NCBI GenBank assembly: GCA_965208835.1
Contig: OZ242358.1
Span: 192,001-256,000, forward strand
Length of the DNA: 64,000 bases
Origin: Candidatus Latescibacterota bacterium
GTDB taxonomy: Bacteria > Latescibacterota > UBA2968 > GCA-2709665
Reading direction: 5' to 3'
Part shown: positions 10,351 through 19,792 of the stretch, piece by piece
Layout of the letters: each line of letters opens with the position of its first letter
Numbering within the stretch: position 1 is the first letter of the stretch
The notes under the pieces: model-generated
Seen by the model: only the letters and a program-made list of their open reading frames with translations
Database searches by the model: none
Told to the model about the DNA's origin: nothing
Made by a program: the position numbers and the translations under genes

Positions 10351-11694
10351 TCAGAAGCGGAGGGTGAATACGGTTTCTTCATCGGGCGTGGATTGAACGC
10401 TGATGGCGCCGCGATGCTGGCGCATGATCTGCCGGCAAAGCGATAGCCCGATGCCCGATCCCTCCTGTCTGGTCGTGAAGAAGGGGATGAAGATGCGGTC
10501 CTGCACCTCGTCGAGGATGCCAGGGCCGTTATCCTGTACGCGGATGAGAACGCGCCCCCTTCGGTCCAGGGCCGCGTTAAGGTCGATACGTGGCTGATCT
10601 CGCCCGGCCAGGGCTTCCGCCGCGTTCCTCACGAGATTGATGAGCGCCTGCTCCACGAGGTTGGGGTCGGCGGTGACTTCCAAGGTCTCGGGTTCGACCC
10701 CCGTGCGCAGGGCGATGCCTGCCGATTCGCATTCCGGATTCATGAGGGACGCAACGCGGTCGAAGAGTCCGGCGACGGGACAGATCTGGAAGTCGGGCCG
10801 GGGTATCCGCGTGAGCTGGCGGTAGGTGTCCACGAACTGCTGCAGACCGTCGCTACGCGACTGTATCGTCTTGAGCGCGGCGCTCACGTCTGCCGCGGTC
10901 TGCGGATCGAGCGGGGACGTGCGACCGGATTCCGGAAAGTGGCCGCGTACCGTGGAGGCCAGGGACGAAATGGGCGTTATCGAATTCATGATTTCGTGGA
11001 TGAGCACCCGAATGAGTTTCTGCCACGCCTCCATTTCCTGCTCTTCGAGTTCGCTCTGTATGTCCTGCACCGACGCCAGAATGAACGATTCGCCTCGCAT
11101 TCGAATCTCGGTGGCGTGGATGATGATCTGAAGGAGTTCGTCCTCGTCCTGGACCTTGACCAGGGTCCTGTCGCCCGGTCCCAGCGCGAGAAGCGTTTCG
11201 GAAAGGGTCTCGCTGACCGGCTCGAGTTCCCGCACGTTGTGGATGTGGGGTCGGCGAAGCAGGCGCTGGGCAGCGGTATTCATCAGCTCGATGCGTCCGT
11301 CTGATCCGTAACACACCAGTCCCACGCCCACGTGCTGGACCACGGTCTGCAGGTATTGGAAGTTCTCCTCTTTTTCCGCGCGAGTCCTCCGGAAGGCGTT
11401 CAGCACCTCGTTGAACGCCTCTTTCAGGTCGTCGAAAGCGGATCCGAGTCCGCGGCCGCTGAAGGACTGGGAGAAGTCTTCGTACCGGATGGCCTGAAGG
11501 AACCGCGTCAGATCCCGGTTGGTGCGTTCCACGTAGTGGATGAGGGCGTAGGCCTGGTAGAGCGTGATGCCGGCCAGGATGAGGACGGTGGTGTAGTAGC
11601 TCGTCTCGAAGAGGACGTACACAAGGGCGCAGATGGTGGCGCACAGAAAGGCCACCCGCACGACGCAGAGCGTCCGGAAGTGTCTATAGACCAT
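10351..11694 (-). CDS. Sensor histidine kinase (PAS + HisKA + HATPase)
   Basis: Two N-terminal TM segments from ATG 11694, H-box LIHEIMNS, N-box NLVRNA, DNGPGI, FIPFFTT, GSGIGL; overlaps the regulator stop. Confidence 0.93.
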   Translation of the reverse strand: MVYRHFRTLCVVRVAFLCATICALVYVLFETSYYTTVLILAGITLYQAYALIHYVERTNRDLTRFLQAIRYEDFSQSFSGRGLGSAFDDLKEAFNEVLNAFRRTRAEKEENFQYLQTVVQHVGVGLVCYGSDGRIELMNTAAQRLLRRPHIHNVRELEPVSETLSETLLALGPGDRTLVKVQDEDELLQIIIHATEIRMRGESFILASVQDIQSELEEQEMEAWQKLIRVLIHEIMNSITPISSLASTVRGHFPESGRTSPLDPQTAADVSAALKTIQSRSDGLQQFVDTYRQLTRIPRPDFQICPVAGLFDRVASLMNPECESAGIALRTGVEPETLEVTADPNLVEQALINLVRNAAEALAGRDQPRIDLNAALDRRGRVLIRVQDNGPGILDEVQDRIFIPFFTTRQEGSGIGLSLCRQIMRQHRGAISVQSTPDEETVFTLRF

Positions 11695-13060
11695 ATTTTT
11701 CCAGCCTGCGGTAGAGTGCGCTGCGCGTGATGCCCAATTCCCGGGCCGTGTGGCTGATGTTTCCCTCGTGCTTCTCGATGGCTTTGCGGATCGCGGTCTT
11801 CTCAATACGTTCGAGGTTGAAGTCTTCGCAGTGAATGTGGTCGCCAGAGGTGGATTCCGGCGTGCTGAGCGGAAAGTCCGACGGTTGCAGCGTTCCGTTT
11901 TCGTTCATGATCACCGCGCGTTCGATGGCGTGCTGCAGTTCGCGGACGTTTCCGGGCCAGGGATACCCCTTGAGTTTTTCCAGGGTGCGGGGATGCAGGC
12001 CGATGCGTGGCTTCTTGTATTTCCTGCAGTACCTGTCCAGGAAGCTGCCGATGAGAAGCGGCATGTCTTCGCGGCGCTCCCTGAGCGGTGGCAGACTGAT
12101 TTCAACGGTGTTGACGCGATAGAGCAGGTCCTGGCGGAACTCGTTTCGCGCGGCCAGTTCGTGGATGGGCGTATTGGTGGCGCAGACGAGCCGGATATCG
12201 ATGGGGACGGGCTTGTTGGTGCCCAGGCGAAAAACCGTGCGCTTCTCGAGTACGGTGAGCAGCTTTGCCTGAAGCGGCAGTGAGAGGTTGCCGATCTCAT
12301 CCAGGAACAGCGTCCCGCCCGAAGCCGTTTCAAACCGCCCCGCGCGGTCTTCCCTGGCGTCTGTAAAGGCGCCTTTTTTGTGTCCGAAAAGCTCGCTTTC
12401 GAACAGGGTCTCGGGGACGGCGCCGAGGTCCACGTGGATGAAGACCTGGTCTGCGCGGACGGAATGACGGTGGAGGGCGCGGGCGACCGCGTCTTTGCCC
12501 GTCCCGTTGTCGCCCAGGATAAGCACGTTGGCGTCGGTGGCGGCGACCTTCCGGATGGTCTCGAAAACGTCGCGCATCACCGGAGAGACGGCCACGATGC
12601 CGGGAAACTGCCTGTCCAGATCGGCGTGGAGCTGCCGCTGGCGGGAGCGCAGCCGGAAGACGTCGAGCCGCGACCGGCGGAGCTTGGCAGCCGAGGACAG
12701 CGTGGCCAGCAGCTTCTCGTTCTGCCAGGGCTTCAGGACAAAGTCCGTGGCGCCTTCCCGTATCGCCCGCACGGCCGTATTGACGTCGCCGAACGCCGTG
12801 ATCAGGACCACCACGGCGGACGGATCCAGCTCCAGGATCCTTCCGAGCCAGTGGAATCCTTCCTTTCCCGACGTGGCGTCCTGCGCGAAGTTCATATCCA
12901 GCAGGATCACGTCGTACGCATCGTTCTGCAGCAGTTCGGGAATGCGCTCGGGATCGGCTTCGGTATCCACCCGCCCGGCGTGCTGCTTGAGGAAGAGTTG
13001 CGCGGCCAGCAGCACGTCGCGGTCGTCGTCGACGATAAGGATTTTGTCGAATGTCTTCAT
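11684..13060 (-). CDS. Sigma-54-dependent response regulator (NtrC/AtoC family)
   Basis: Receiver domain (VDDD, LLDMN, KPW), Walker [34 protein letters not shown], Fis-type HTH. Confidence 0.95.
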   Translation of the reverse strand: MKTFDKILIVDDDRDVLLAAQLFLKQHAGRVDTEADPERIPELLQNDAYDVILLDMNFAQDATSGKEGFHWLGRILELDPSAVVVLITAFGDVNTAVRAIREGATDFVLKPWQNEKLLATLSSAAKLRRSRLDVFRLRSRQRQLHADLDRQFPGIVAVSPVMRDVFETIRKVAATDANVLILGDNGTGKDAVARALHRHSVRADQVFIHVDLGAVPETLFESELFGHKKGAFTDAREDRAGRFETASGGTLFLDEIGNLSLPLQAKLLTVLEKRTVFRLGTNKPVPIDIRLVCATNTPIHELAARNEFRQDLLYRVNTVEISLPPLRERREDMPLLIGSFLDRYCRKYKKPRIGLHPRTLEKLKGYPWPGNVRELQHAIERAVIMNENGTLQPSDFPLSTPESTSGDHIHCEDFNLERIEKTAIRKAIEKHEGNISHTARELGITRSALYRRLEKYGL

Positions 13061-13270
13061 GGAGGCCTCTGTCGTTCAGGCATGGAAAGGCCGCGGGTAC
13101 CCGGCTGGCTGGAGCTCAAAGAGGAAGATAGGCCAATCCTGCCAGCAATTGCCCAGTCCTTTGGGACGCATTTTTCGTGCCAATACGCCTCCTGGATCGA
13201 ATTCACACACAACCATAATGATCACAGAGACTTAGCCTGTCAAGCGGTTCAAGGACCGGCGCCGCCCATG

Positions 13271-13307
13271 TGTCCACTTTCGCACATCACTGTATCATTA
13301 GCGGACA
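13271..13307. promoter_or_regulatory. Candidate tandem enhancer (UAS) sites for the NtrC-family regulator
   Basis: TGTCCACTTTCGCACA (13271-13286) and TGTATCATTAGCGGACA (13291-13307): two imperfect TGT-N10/11-ACA dyads 65-100 bp upstream of the sigma-54 promoter. Confidence 0.5.
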
Positions 13308-13370
13308 CTCAGAGGTTCGCGTTTCCATCGACGCAGCGCTAAATCCCTGTAAATTCTCGCGAAATCCACA

Positions 13371-13386
13371 TGGCACGCCCGTTGCT
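13371..13386 (+). promoter_or_regulatory. Sigma-54 (-24/-12) promoter facing the permease array
   Basis: TGGCAC-GCCCG-TTGCT matches the TGGCAC-N5-TTGCW consensus exactly and lies divergent from a sigma-54 activator gene. Confidence 0.85.
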
Positions 13387-13519
13387 ATTGGTATCTCACG
13401 GTCGATGACCGCCATGCGTCCAATGTATCCTTCGCGGAAATCCGGCGTCAGCCTGGGGGCCTGCTCAGCAAGCGGGCACGGCGACCCCTCCTCCGGCCCC
13501 TCCCCGGCGCGGAGAGGGG

Positions 13520-13915
13520 AGCGGACGTGCTGCCTGTCGGGCAGGGGCCAGTGTCAGACGCTCACCCATAACTGGAAGCCGCGGTAGATCCTTTGTCAGC
13601 TTGATTGCGTACTCAGCATGCGGGCAGACAGGAATGTCCGCCCCACCCTCAAATCAGGCTTCCGTTCGACAGGCTTTCGGCTTTCTCAGGATGACCGCGG
13701 GAAGCATCGTACTCGGCTATCGGCCAGCATGTGATTCAGAGCGGAGCGAAGATCTGACAGATACATTTCGCCAATGGTTATTGCAAGTCGTGTCATTCAG
13801 AGCGCAGCGAAGAATCTCCCGTCTTCTCGATTGTCCACGAGGTAGAAACCCGCGTAAGCACATGTGCGCGGACGCTTCGCCAGTCAATGTGAAAGATCCA
13901 AACAACAGGGAGCCT
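13520..13915. repeat. Mosaic REP-like spacer upstream of permease 1
   Basis: Contains boundary element GGGCAGACAGGAATGTCCGCCCCACC.. (13622-13663), GTCATTCAGAGCGCAGCGAAGAATCTC (13792-13818) and a leader shared with permeases 3 and 5. Confidence 0.85.
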
Positions 13916-13919
13916 GTCG

Positions 13920-16382
13920 ATGTTCTGGAATTACTTCAAGGTGGCATACCGGAATCTGCTGCGGCACCCGCTTTATGCCGCGATTAACGTAGTGGGCCTC
14001 GGCATCGCGATATCGTTTTGCCTGCTGGCGTTCCTCTTCGTGCGATACGAGTGGACCTACGACGGGTTTCACGAAAACGCCGATCGGATTTACCGGATCG
14101 TAAGGGAGCTAAAGATAAATGACGCGGTTCATTTATCTGACAATACGGAGATTACGTTGGCACCAAGGTTGTCTGAGTCGCATCCGGACATCCGATGCGT
14201 GAGATTGGATCCCAGGTGGCGCATGGTTCGCCATGCCGGTCAGACGACCAAGGAAGATTTCCTTCATGCGGACCCAGAGATTCTGGATGTATTCACGTTC
14301 GCTCTGATCAAAGGAGATCCGGCCACCGCATTAGCGGATCCGGACTATGTGGTCATTACCGAAACAATGGCCGATAAGTATTTCCCGGGAGAAGAACCAA
14401 TTGGAAAGACAATCTCGGTTCAAGACGTTGAGGCGGCAGTTTTCGCCGTGGGTGCATCCGGATTGAACGTGATTTCGTTAGGTCCCCAAGCCCAATCTAC
14501 GGAATCCAAGGACCAATTCTCAGACGCGCGACCGACTCAGGTATTGACGGTAACCGGTGTGATCAGGGACATTCCCAAGAACTCCACCATACGCTTTGAC
14601 TTTCTTTCCTCATTAAAGCCGGACAATCAAAAACACGGCTTGAACGTCAGTACTGTAAACACTTACATAATGCTCCCCGACTATCTGAGCCCACTGGAAG
14701 TCGAACGCCGCTTTGAAGATCTTAAAGTACCAGAAACCAGAAGCCGATATCTGAGTAAGTTGATGCTGCAACCGCTTAGAGAGATTTATTTTGATAGCAG
14801 GCGCATGGGACCGCGCCCCGATGGCAATCCTGTCCATTCACATCTTTTGGGAGGGATTGCATTACTCGTGCTGGTCGTGGCGGGAGTCAATTACACGAAT
14901 CTGTCTGTCGGCCGGTCGTTTTCCCGTGTCCGGGAAGTTGGAATGCGCAAGGTGGCCGGGGGCCTGCGTACGCAACTGGTGAGGCAGTTTCTCGCGGAAT
15001 CGGTTCTGCTGACATTGCTCGCACTTGCGCTCGGGCTGGCGCTGGCCGAACTGTTTCTACCGGGTTTCAACAGCCTGGTCAGCAGGAAATTCGCATTGTC
15101 CGATCTTGGGAACTCAGACTCACTCTTGTTTCTGTTCATCATGGCGCTGGTCGTGGGAGTATTCGCCGGGGGTTACCCTGCATTCTTTATGTCGAGATTC
15201 TTTCCTGTCGATGCTTTGAAAGGGCGGTTCAAAGCGGATCGCGTGGGGTACTTCAGTCGTGTACTCGTAGTGTTCCAACTAGCCATCTCTACGGGTTTGG
15301 TTACAGGCATGACCATAGCGTCAATACAAATGAGCGCGTGGAAATCAATGCCGCTTGGATTCGAACCCAGCCATGTGGTCGTCAGTCGACTATTGGGGAT
15401 ATCAGAAAGATTGGAGTTGGCTAAAGTCTTCGAGGAATCAATCCGGCCACACCATTCCGTATTGAAAACTACGAGAACATCACACGGCCTTAGCAATTCT
15501 ATGCGGAACAATACTCAAATAGGCTGGAAAGGGACGACCCTGGAAGGCGTCGAAAGGATCTTCTGTGATTCGCGACTCCTCGAAACAATGGGTATAACGC
15601 TGACGGCCGGCCGAAATTTCGAGCGGCAAAGCGATGGGGAGACGTCGGTCATTGTCAACGAATCTCTGGCGAGGAAACTGGGATGGCAAACGCCTCTCGG
15701 TGAGACAATCCGGCTTGACGGGAAGGAACTGACGGTCATCGGGGTCGTCCGTGATTTTCATTTCCGGTCCCTTCACCACGCAATTGAACCTGCGGTGCTG
15801 AAATTCCAGGCGAGCTCGCCGTCCACCATGCCCAGGCCGGACTTCCGATATCTGCTCATGATTCGAATTCGGCCTGAAAACGTATTCGACACGCTTGATT
15901 TCCTGAGAGAGAAGTGGGTTGAAATCGTACCGGATGTTCCGTTTGACCACAACTTCCTGGATGAGGAAATAGACCGTCAGTACCGGGAGGAAGAGAGGTG
16001 GTTCAGAATCACGGGTTACGCGACTATGTTCGCCGTCTTCATCGCCTGCCTGGGGGCATTCGGGCTGACGTCACTCACCGTTGCCAGGCGGACCAAGGAA
16101 ATCGGGATCCGGAAAACCCTTGGCGCGCCAACAACAGGTATCGTCTCCCTGCTGGCCCGGGAATACGTGGTCCTCGTCGGCATCGCCGCCCTGATCGCAT
16201 GGCCGGCCACCTACGTTACGGCGGAGCGCTGGCTGCGAGACTTCGCGTATCGTGTGGATCCGGGGCTCGGTACGTTTCTGCTTGGAGGCCTGCTCATGCT
16301 TTTCATGGTGCTTCTGGCGGTGAGCCTTCAGGTCACCCGTGCAGCCAGGGCGAATCCCGTGGACGCGTTGCGGTATGAGTGA
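13920..16382 (+). CDS. MacB/FtsX-type ABC transporter permease, duplicated form (permease 1)
   Basis: 820 aa; MFWNYFKVAYRNL, two FtsX motifs (REVGMRKV.G and RTKEIGIRK.LGA), ends NPVDALRYE; no Walker motifs. Confidence 0.93.
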   Translation: MFWNYFKVAYRNLLRHPLYAAINVVGLGIAISFCLLAFLFVRYEWTYDGFHENADRIYRIVRELKINDAVHLSDNTEITLAPRLSESHPDIRCVRLDPRWRMVRHAGQTTKEDFLHADPEILDVFTFALIKGDPATALADPDYVVITETMADKYFPGEEPIGKTISVQDVEAAVFAVGASGLNVISLGPQAQSTESKDQFSDARPTQVLTVTGVIRDIPKNSTIRFDFLSSLKPDNQKHGLNVSTVNTYIMLPDYLSPLEVERRFEDLKVPETRSRYLSKLMLQPLREIYFDSRRMGPRPDGNPVHSHLLGGIALLVLVVAGVNYTNLSVGRSFSRVREVGMRKVAGGLRTQLVRQFLAESVLLTLLALALGLALAELFLPGFNSLVSRKFALSDLGNSDSLLFLFIMALVVGVFAGGYPAFFMSRFFPVDALKGRFKADRVGYFSRVLVVFQLAISTGLVTGMTIASIQMSAWKSMPLGFEPSHVVVSRLLGISERLELAKVFEESIRPHHSVLKTTRTSHGLSNSMRNNTQIGWKGTTLEGVERIFCDSRLLETMGITLTAGRNFERQSDGETSVIVNESLARKLGWQTPLGETIRLDGKELTVIGVVRDFHFRSLHHAIEPAVLKFQASSPSTMPRPDFRYLLMIRIRPENVFDTLDFLREKWVEIVPDVPFDHNFLDEEIDRQYREEERWFRITGYATMFAVFIACLGAFGLTSLTVARRTKEIGIRKTLGAPTTGIVSLLAREYVVLVGIAALIAWPATYVTAERWLRDFAYRVDPGLGTFLLGGLLMLFMVLLAVSLQVTRAARANPVDALRYE

Positions 16383-16399
16383 TGGCGGGCATAGCGACC

Positions 16400-16800
16400 C
16401 CTCCCCGGCACAGGGAGGAGAGCGGACGTGCTGCCTCTCAGGTATCGATATGTGCAATCCACGCGGGGATGACCCGATGCTGAAGTAGATCCTTCGTCGG
16501 CCTGGGGGCACCCTTCGATCTTTCGACAAGCTCAGGGCGAGTACTCAGGGACCGCAGGCTCAGTGCAAGCCCTCAGGATGACAGTTCGGGCGAGCGTGTG
16601 ATGGTCCGAACGTAGGGGCAGGTTTCAAACTTGCCCATGTCGATGTGTCCGCGGACGCTTTGACTGCCTTGCGGTCTCTCCTTGTTTCCGCAATTCGACA
16701 GAAGAATCTTGACGTGGGCAGACAGGAATGTCCGCCCCACCTTCACACCTGCTTCCTCAGCACGATGTTGTCGGCGAAGAATCGACGGACGCATTTCGCG
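16400..16800. repeat. Mosaic REP-like spacer between permeases 1 and 2
   Basis: 16423-16660 is nearly identical to 19289-19520; includes TTCGACAAGCTCAGG, GTAGGGGCAGGTTTCAAAC and the boundary element at 16716-16756. Confidence 0.85.
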
Positions 16801-16894
16801 GATGATTTGGCAGCACCAAGTGGAGTCCTACAGTTTCCGTTGCGGCTGGGCATAGCAAAGCCGCGCCAGGGAAAGACACAAGAGGTAGCCCAAC

Positions 16895-19285
16895 GTGATC
16901 GCGAACTACCTGAAAGTCGCCATTCGCAACCTGATGAGGAACAAGACGTTTTCGGCCATCAACATCCTGGGTCTTGCGATCGGCATGGCCAGCTGCATGC
17001 TCATTCTACTCTACGTTCAGGATGAACTGAGCTATGACCGGCACCATGAAAACGCGGATCGAATCTTCCGGCTCGCTGATGAGGTCCGCGTGAGTGGGAA
17101 GACACATCGTGTTGCGGTTACGCCGTTCCAGATGGGTCCGGCTCTCGTGCAGGACTATTCAACAGTTGTCGATGCCGTGAGGTTTTTCAGGGGTATCGGC
17201 GAAAAAACACTGGTTGAAACCAGGGAGGAAAATTTCTACGAGCCGGGCGTCATGTTCACGGATTCGAACATCTTTCGGGTCTTTGACTTTCCACTGAGCA
17301 ACGGAGATCCTCAAACGGCGCTTCGGGAACCCTATTCCATTGTTCTGTCTGCAGCAATGGCTCGGAAATATTTCGGCGACGACGACCCGATGGGGCGGCC
17401 CCTCTCGGTGGACCGGAAGTTGTATAAGGTCACCGGCATATTGGAAGAACCCACGTACAACACCCATTTACAGTTCGATTTTCTGGCGACGCCCATAGAA
17501 AGTGACGACGACGGCTGGATCGCTCACAGCTATTATACCTATCTGCTCTTGCGGGACGAAAATGCCGCGTTTGAGTTGGAGCAGGCATTGCCCGATTTTG
17601 TCGAGCGGCATATTCGCGACAGAGACAAAGCCAGGCGGATTCAGATGAAACCCTTCCTGCAGTCCTTGACCGATATTTATTTGCATTCCAGCCTGGAATT
17701 TGAAGCCAGTCCAAACGGGGACATCAGATATGTCTACCTGTTCATTGCAATTGCGCTCTTTGTGTTGCTGCTGGCGTGCATTAATTATACGATCCTTTCG
17801 ACCGCGAATTGCACGCACCGGTCAAAGGAGGTGGGCCTGCGGAAAGTGGTCGGCGCAAAACGGCAACAGATGATTTTTCAGTTTCTGGGCGACTCGACCC
17901 TGATCGCCTCAATTTCCACAATTGTCGCCGTCGTGTTCGTCGAGATTGTGCTACCCACGTTTGGTGCCTTTACTGAACGCAACCTGAATCTTGAATATCT
18001 GCGAGGCAGTGGCCTCGTGTTTGGCTTCATTGGCATTGTACTGTTTACAGGGGTACTGTCCGGAAGCTATCCCGCCATGTTTCTCTCCTCCTTTCAGCCG
18101 GTTGCCGCACTGAAGGGTCTGGCGCGTGCCGGTTCCAACAAACTGAGTTTGCAAAGGACGCTTGTCGTCGTTCAGTTTGCCATTTCAATCGTACTTTTGA
18201 TTGGGACGGGTGTGGTTTACGACCAGGCGGGTTTCATACGCAACAAGCGACTTGGATTTCAAAAAGAGCACGTGCTCGTAATGCCCTACGGCGATAGGGA
18301 TGCCATGGAGGGATATAAGAACGCAGTTTCAGCGTACAGTTCGGTATTGGACGTCTCCGCGTCGTCGACCGTGCCGGGGCGGAAGATCGCAAGTCACTTC
18401 TTTCGCCCGGTTATCGAGGGCGGAAGCAGCGATGCGTCGGTATTCAACGTGGTATTTGCGGGTCACGGGTTTATCTCGACGTTTGGATTCGAAGTATCGG
18501 AGGGGCGTGCCTTTTCGAAGGAATTCCGTAGCGATCGACTCGGGACATTCATGCTCAATCAGGCGGCGATGCGGAAATTGGGGTGGGCTTCCTGTAAGGA
18601 CAAGAAACTGGCGCACGTCTTTCCGGAAGGCGGTCGATTCGAGGTGAACGTCCAGGGAAATGTCGTGGGCGTTGTAAAGGACTTTCACTACATGTCTCTG
18701 CATCACGAAATCGAACCCCTTGTAATCATGCTCGTGGACAGGGGATGGGTAAACTACCTGTCGATCCGGATCCTACCGGATGACGTTGCCGGCACGCTGG
18801 ATTTTCTGAAAACCCGTTGGCGCGACGTCGTGCCGGATACGCCGTTTGAATATTCGTTCCTGGACACGTCTTTCGACCAGCTATACCGGACGGAAGCTCG
18901 ACTTGGGACGCTTCTCGGCGTGTTCTCCATCCTGGCGATTGTCGTGGCGGGCCTCGGACTGTTCGGCCTGGCGTCCATCAGTGTGCAGCAAAGGACCAAG
19001 GAAATTGGTATCCGGAAGGCGGTGGGGGCATCCGTTACCAACGTTGTCTTGCTATTGTCCAGGGAGTATGTCGTGCTTGTGGGGATTGCCAATCTGGTCG
19101 CCTGGCCGATTGCCTATTATGCAATGAACCGGTGGCTGGAGAATTTCGCGTACCGGGTTGATCCGGCGATTGCCACGTTTATTCTGGGGGGATTGTTGTC
19201 GTTGAGCATTGCGCTTCTTACAGTTGGCTACAAGACCTGTAAAGCAGCAGTGGCGAATCCAGTGGACGCGCTGCGGTATGAATGA
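16895..19285 (+). CDS. MacB/FtsX-type ABC transporter permease (permease 2, the most divergent)
   Basis: 796 aa; GTG start, NYLKVAIRNL, RSKEVGLRKVVGA, RTKEIGIRKAVGA, NPVDALRYE. Confidence 0.93.
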   Translation: MIANYLKVAIRNLMRNKTFSAINILGLAIGMASCMLILLYVQDELSYDRHHENADRIFRLADEVRVSGKTHRVAVTPFQMGPALVQDYSTVVDAVRFFRGIGEKTLVETREENFYEPGVMFTDSNIFRVFDFPLSNGDPQTALREPYSIVLSAAMARKYFGDDDPMGRPLSVDRKLYKVTGILEEPTYNTHLQFDFLATPIESDDDGWIAHSYYTYLLLRDENAAFELEQALPDFVERHIRDRDKARRIQMKPFLQSLTDIYLHSSLEFEASPNGDIRYVYLFIAIALFVLLLACINYTILSTANCTHRSKEVGLRKVVGAKRQQMIFQFLGDSTLIASISTIVAVVFVEIVLPTFGAFTERNLNLEYLRGSGLVFGFIGIVLFTGVLSGSYPAMFLSSFQPVAALKGLARAGSNKLSLQRTLVVVQFAISIVLLIGTGVVYDQAGFIRNKRLGFQKEHVLVMPYGDRDAMEGYKNAVSAYSSVLDVSASSTVPGRKIASHFFRPVIEGGSSDASVFNVVFAGHGFISTFGFEVSEGRAFSKEFRSDRLGTFMLNQAAMRKLGWASCKDKKLAHVFPEGGRFEVNVQGNVVGVVKDFHYMSLHHEIEPLVIMLVDRGWVNYLSIRILPDDVAGTLDFLKTRWRDVVPDTPFEYSFLDTSFDQLYRTEARLGTLLGVFSILAIVVAGLGLFGLASISVQQRTKEIGIRKAVGASVTNVVLLLSREYVVLVGIANLVAWPIAYYAMNRWLENFAYRVDPAIATFILGGLLSLSIALLTVGYKTCKAAVANPVDALRYE

Positions 19286-19288
19286 GGG

Positions 19289-19790
19289 CGGACGTGCTGC
19301 CGCTCAGGTATCGATATGTGCAATCCACGCGGGAATGACCCGATGCTGCTGCAGATCATTCGTCGGCCTGGGGGCACCCTTCGACAAGCTCAGGGCGAGT
19401 GCTCAGGGACCGCAGGCTCAGTGCAAGTCCTCTGGATGACAGTTCGGGCGACCGTGTGATGGTCCGACCGTAGGGGCAGGTTTCAAACCTGCCCATGTCG
19501 ATGTGTCCGCGGATGCCTTGCGATCACGAGTGTCGGCTTCCGCAGAGTGGCAGCAAAGTGGGCAGACAGGAATGTCCGCCCCACCCTCACACCGGCATCC
19601 TCAGATTGACAGCCTGTGCCGACATCTGACCGATACATTTCGCCAATGGTTATTGCAAAGAGTGTCATTCTGAGCGTAGCCGAAGAATCTCCCGTCTTCT
19701 CGATTGTCCACGAGGTAGAAACCCGCGTAAGCACATGTGCGCGGACGCTTCGCCAGTCGATGTGGAAGATCCAAACAACAGGGAGCCTGT
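19289..19790. repeat. Mosaic REP-like spacer between permeases 2 and 3
   Basis: Boundary element at 19560-19600; 19561-19860 reads identically to 25556-25855. Confidence 0.88.
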
Positions 19791-19792
19791 CG

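Noticed and set aside
19616-19792. Identical 59-aa N-terminal extensions of permeases 3 and 5 (also 25611-25787; similar case at 57696-57866)
   Set aside because: They translate repeat DNA; paralog alignment and RBS support the downstream ATGs.
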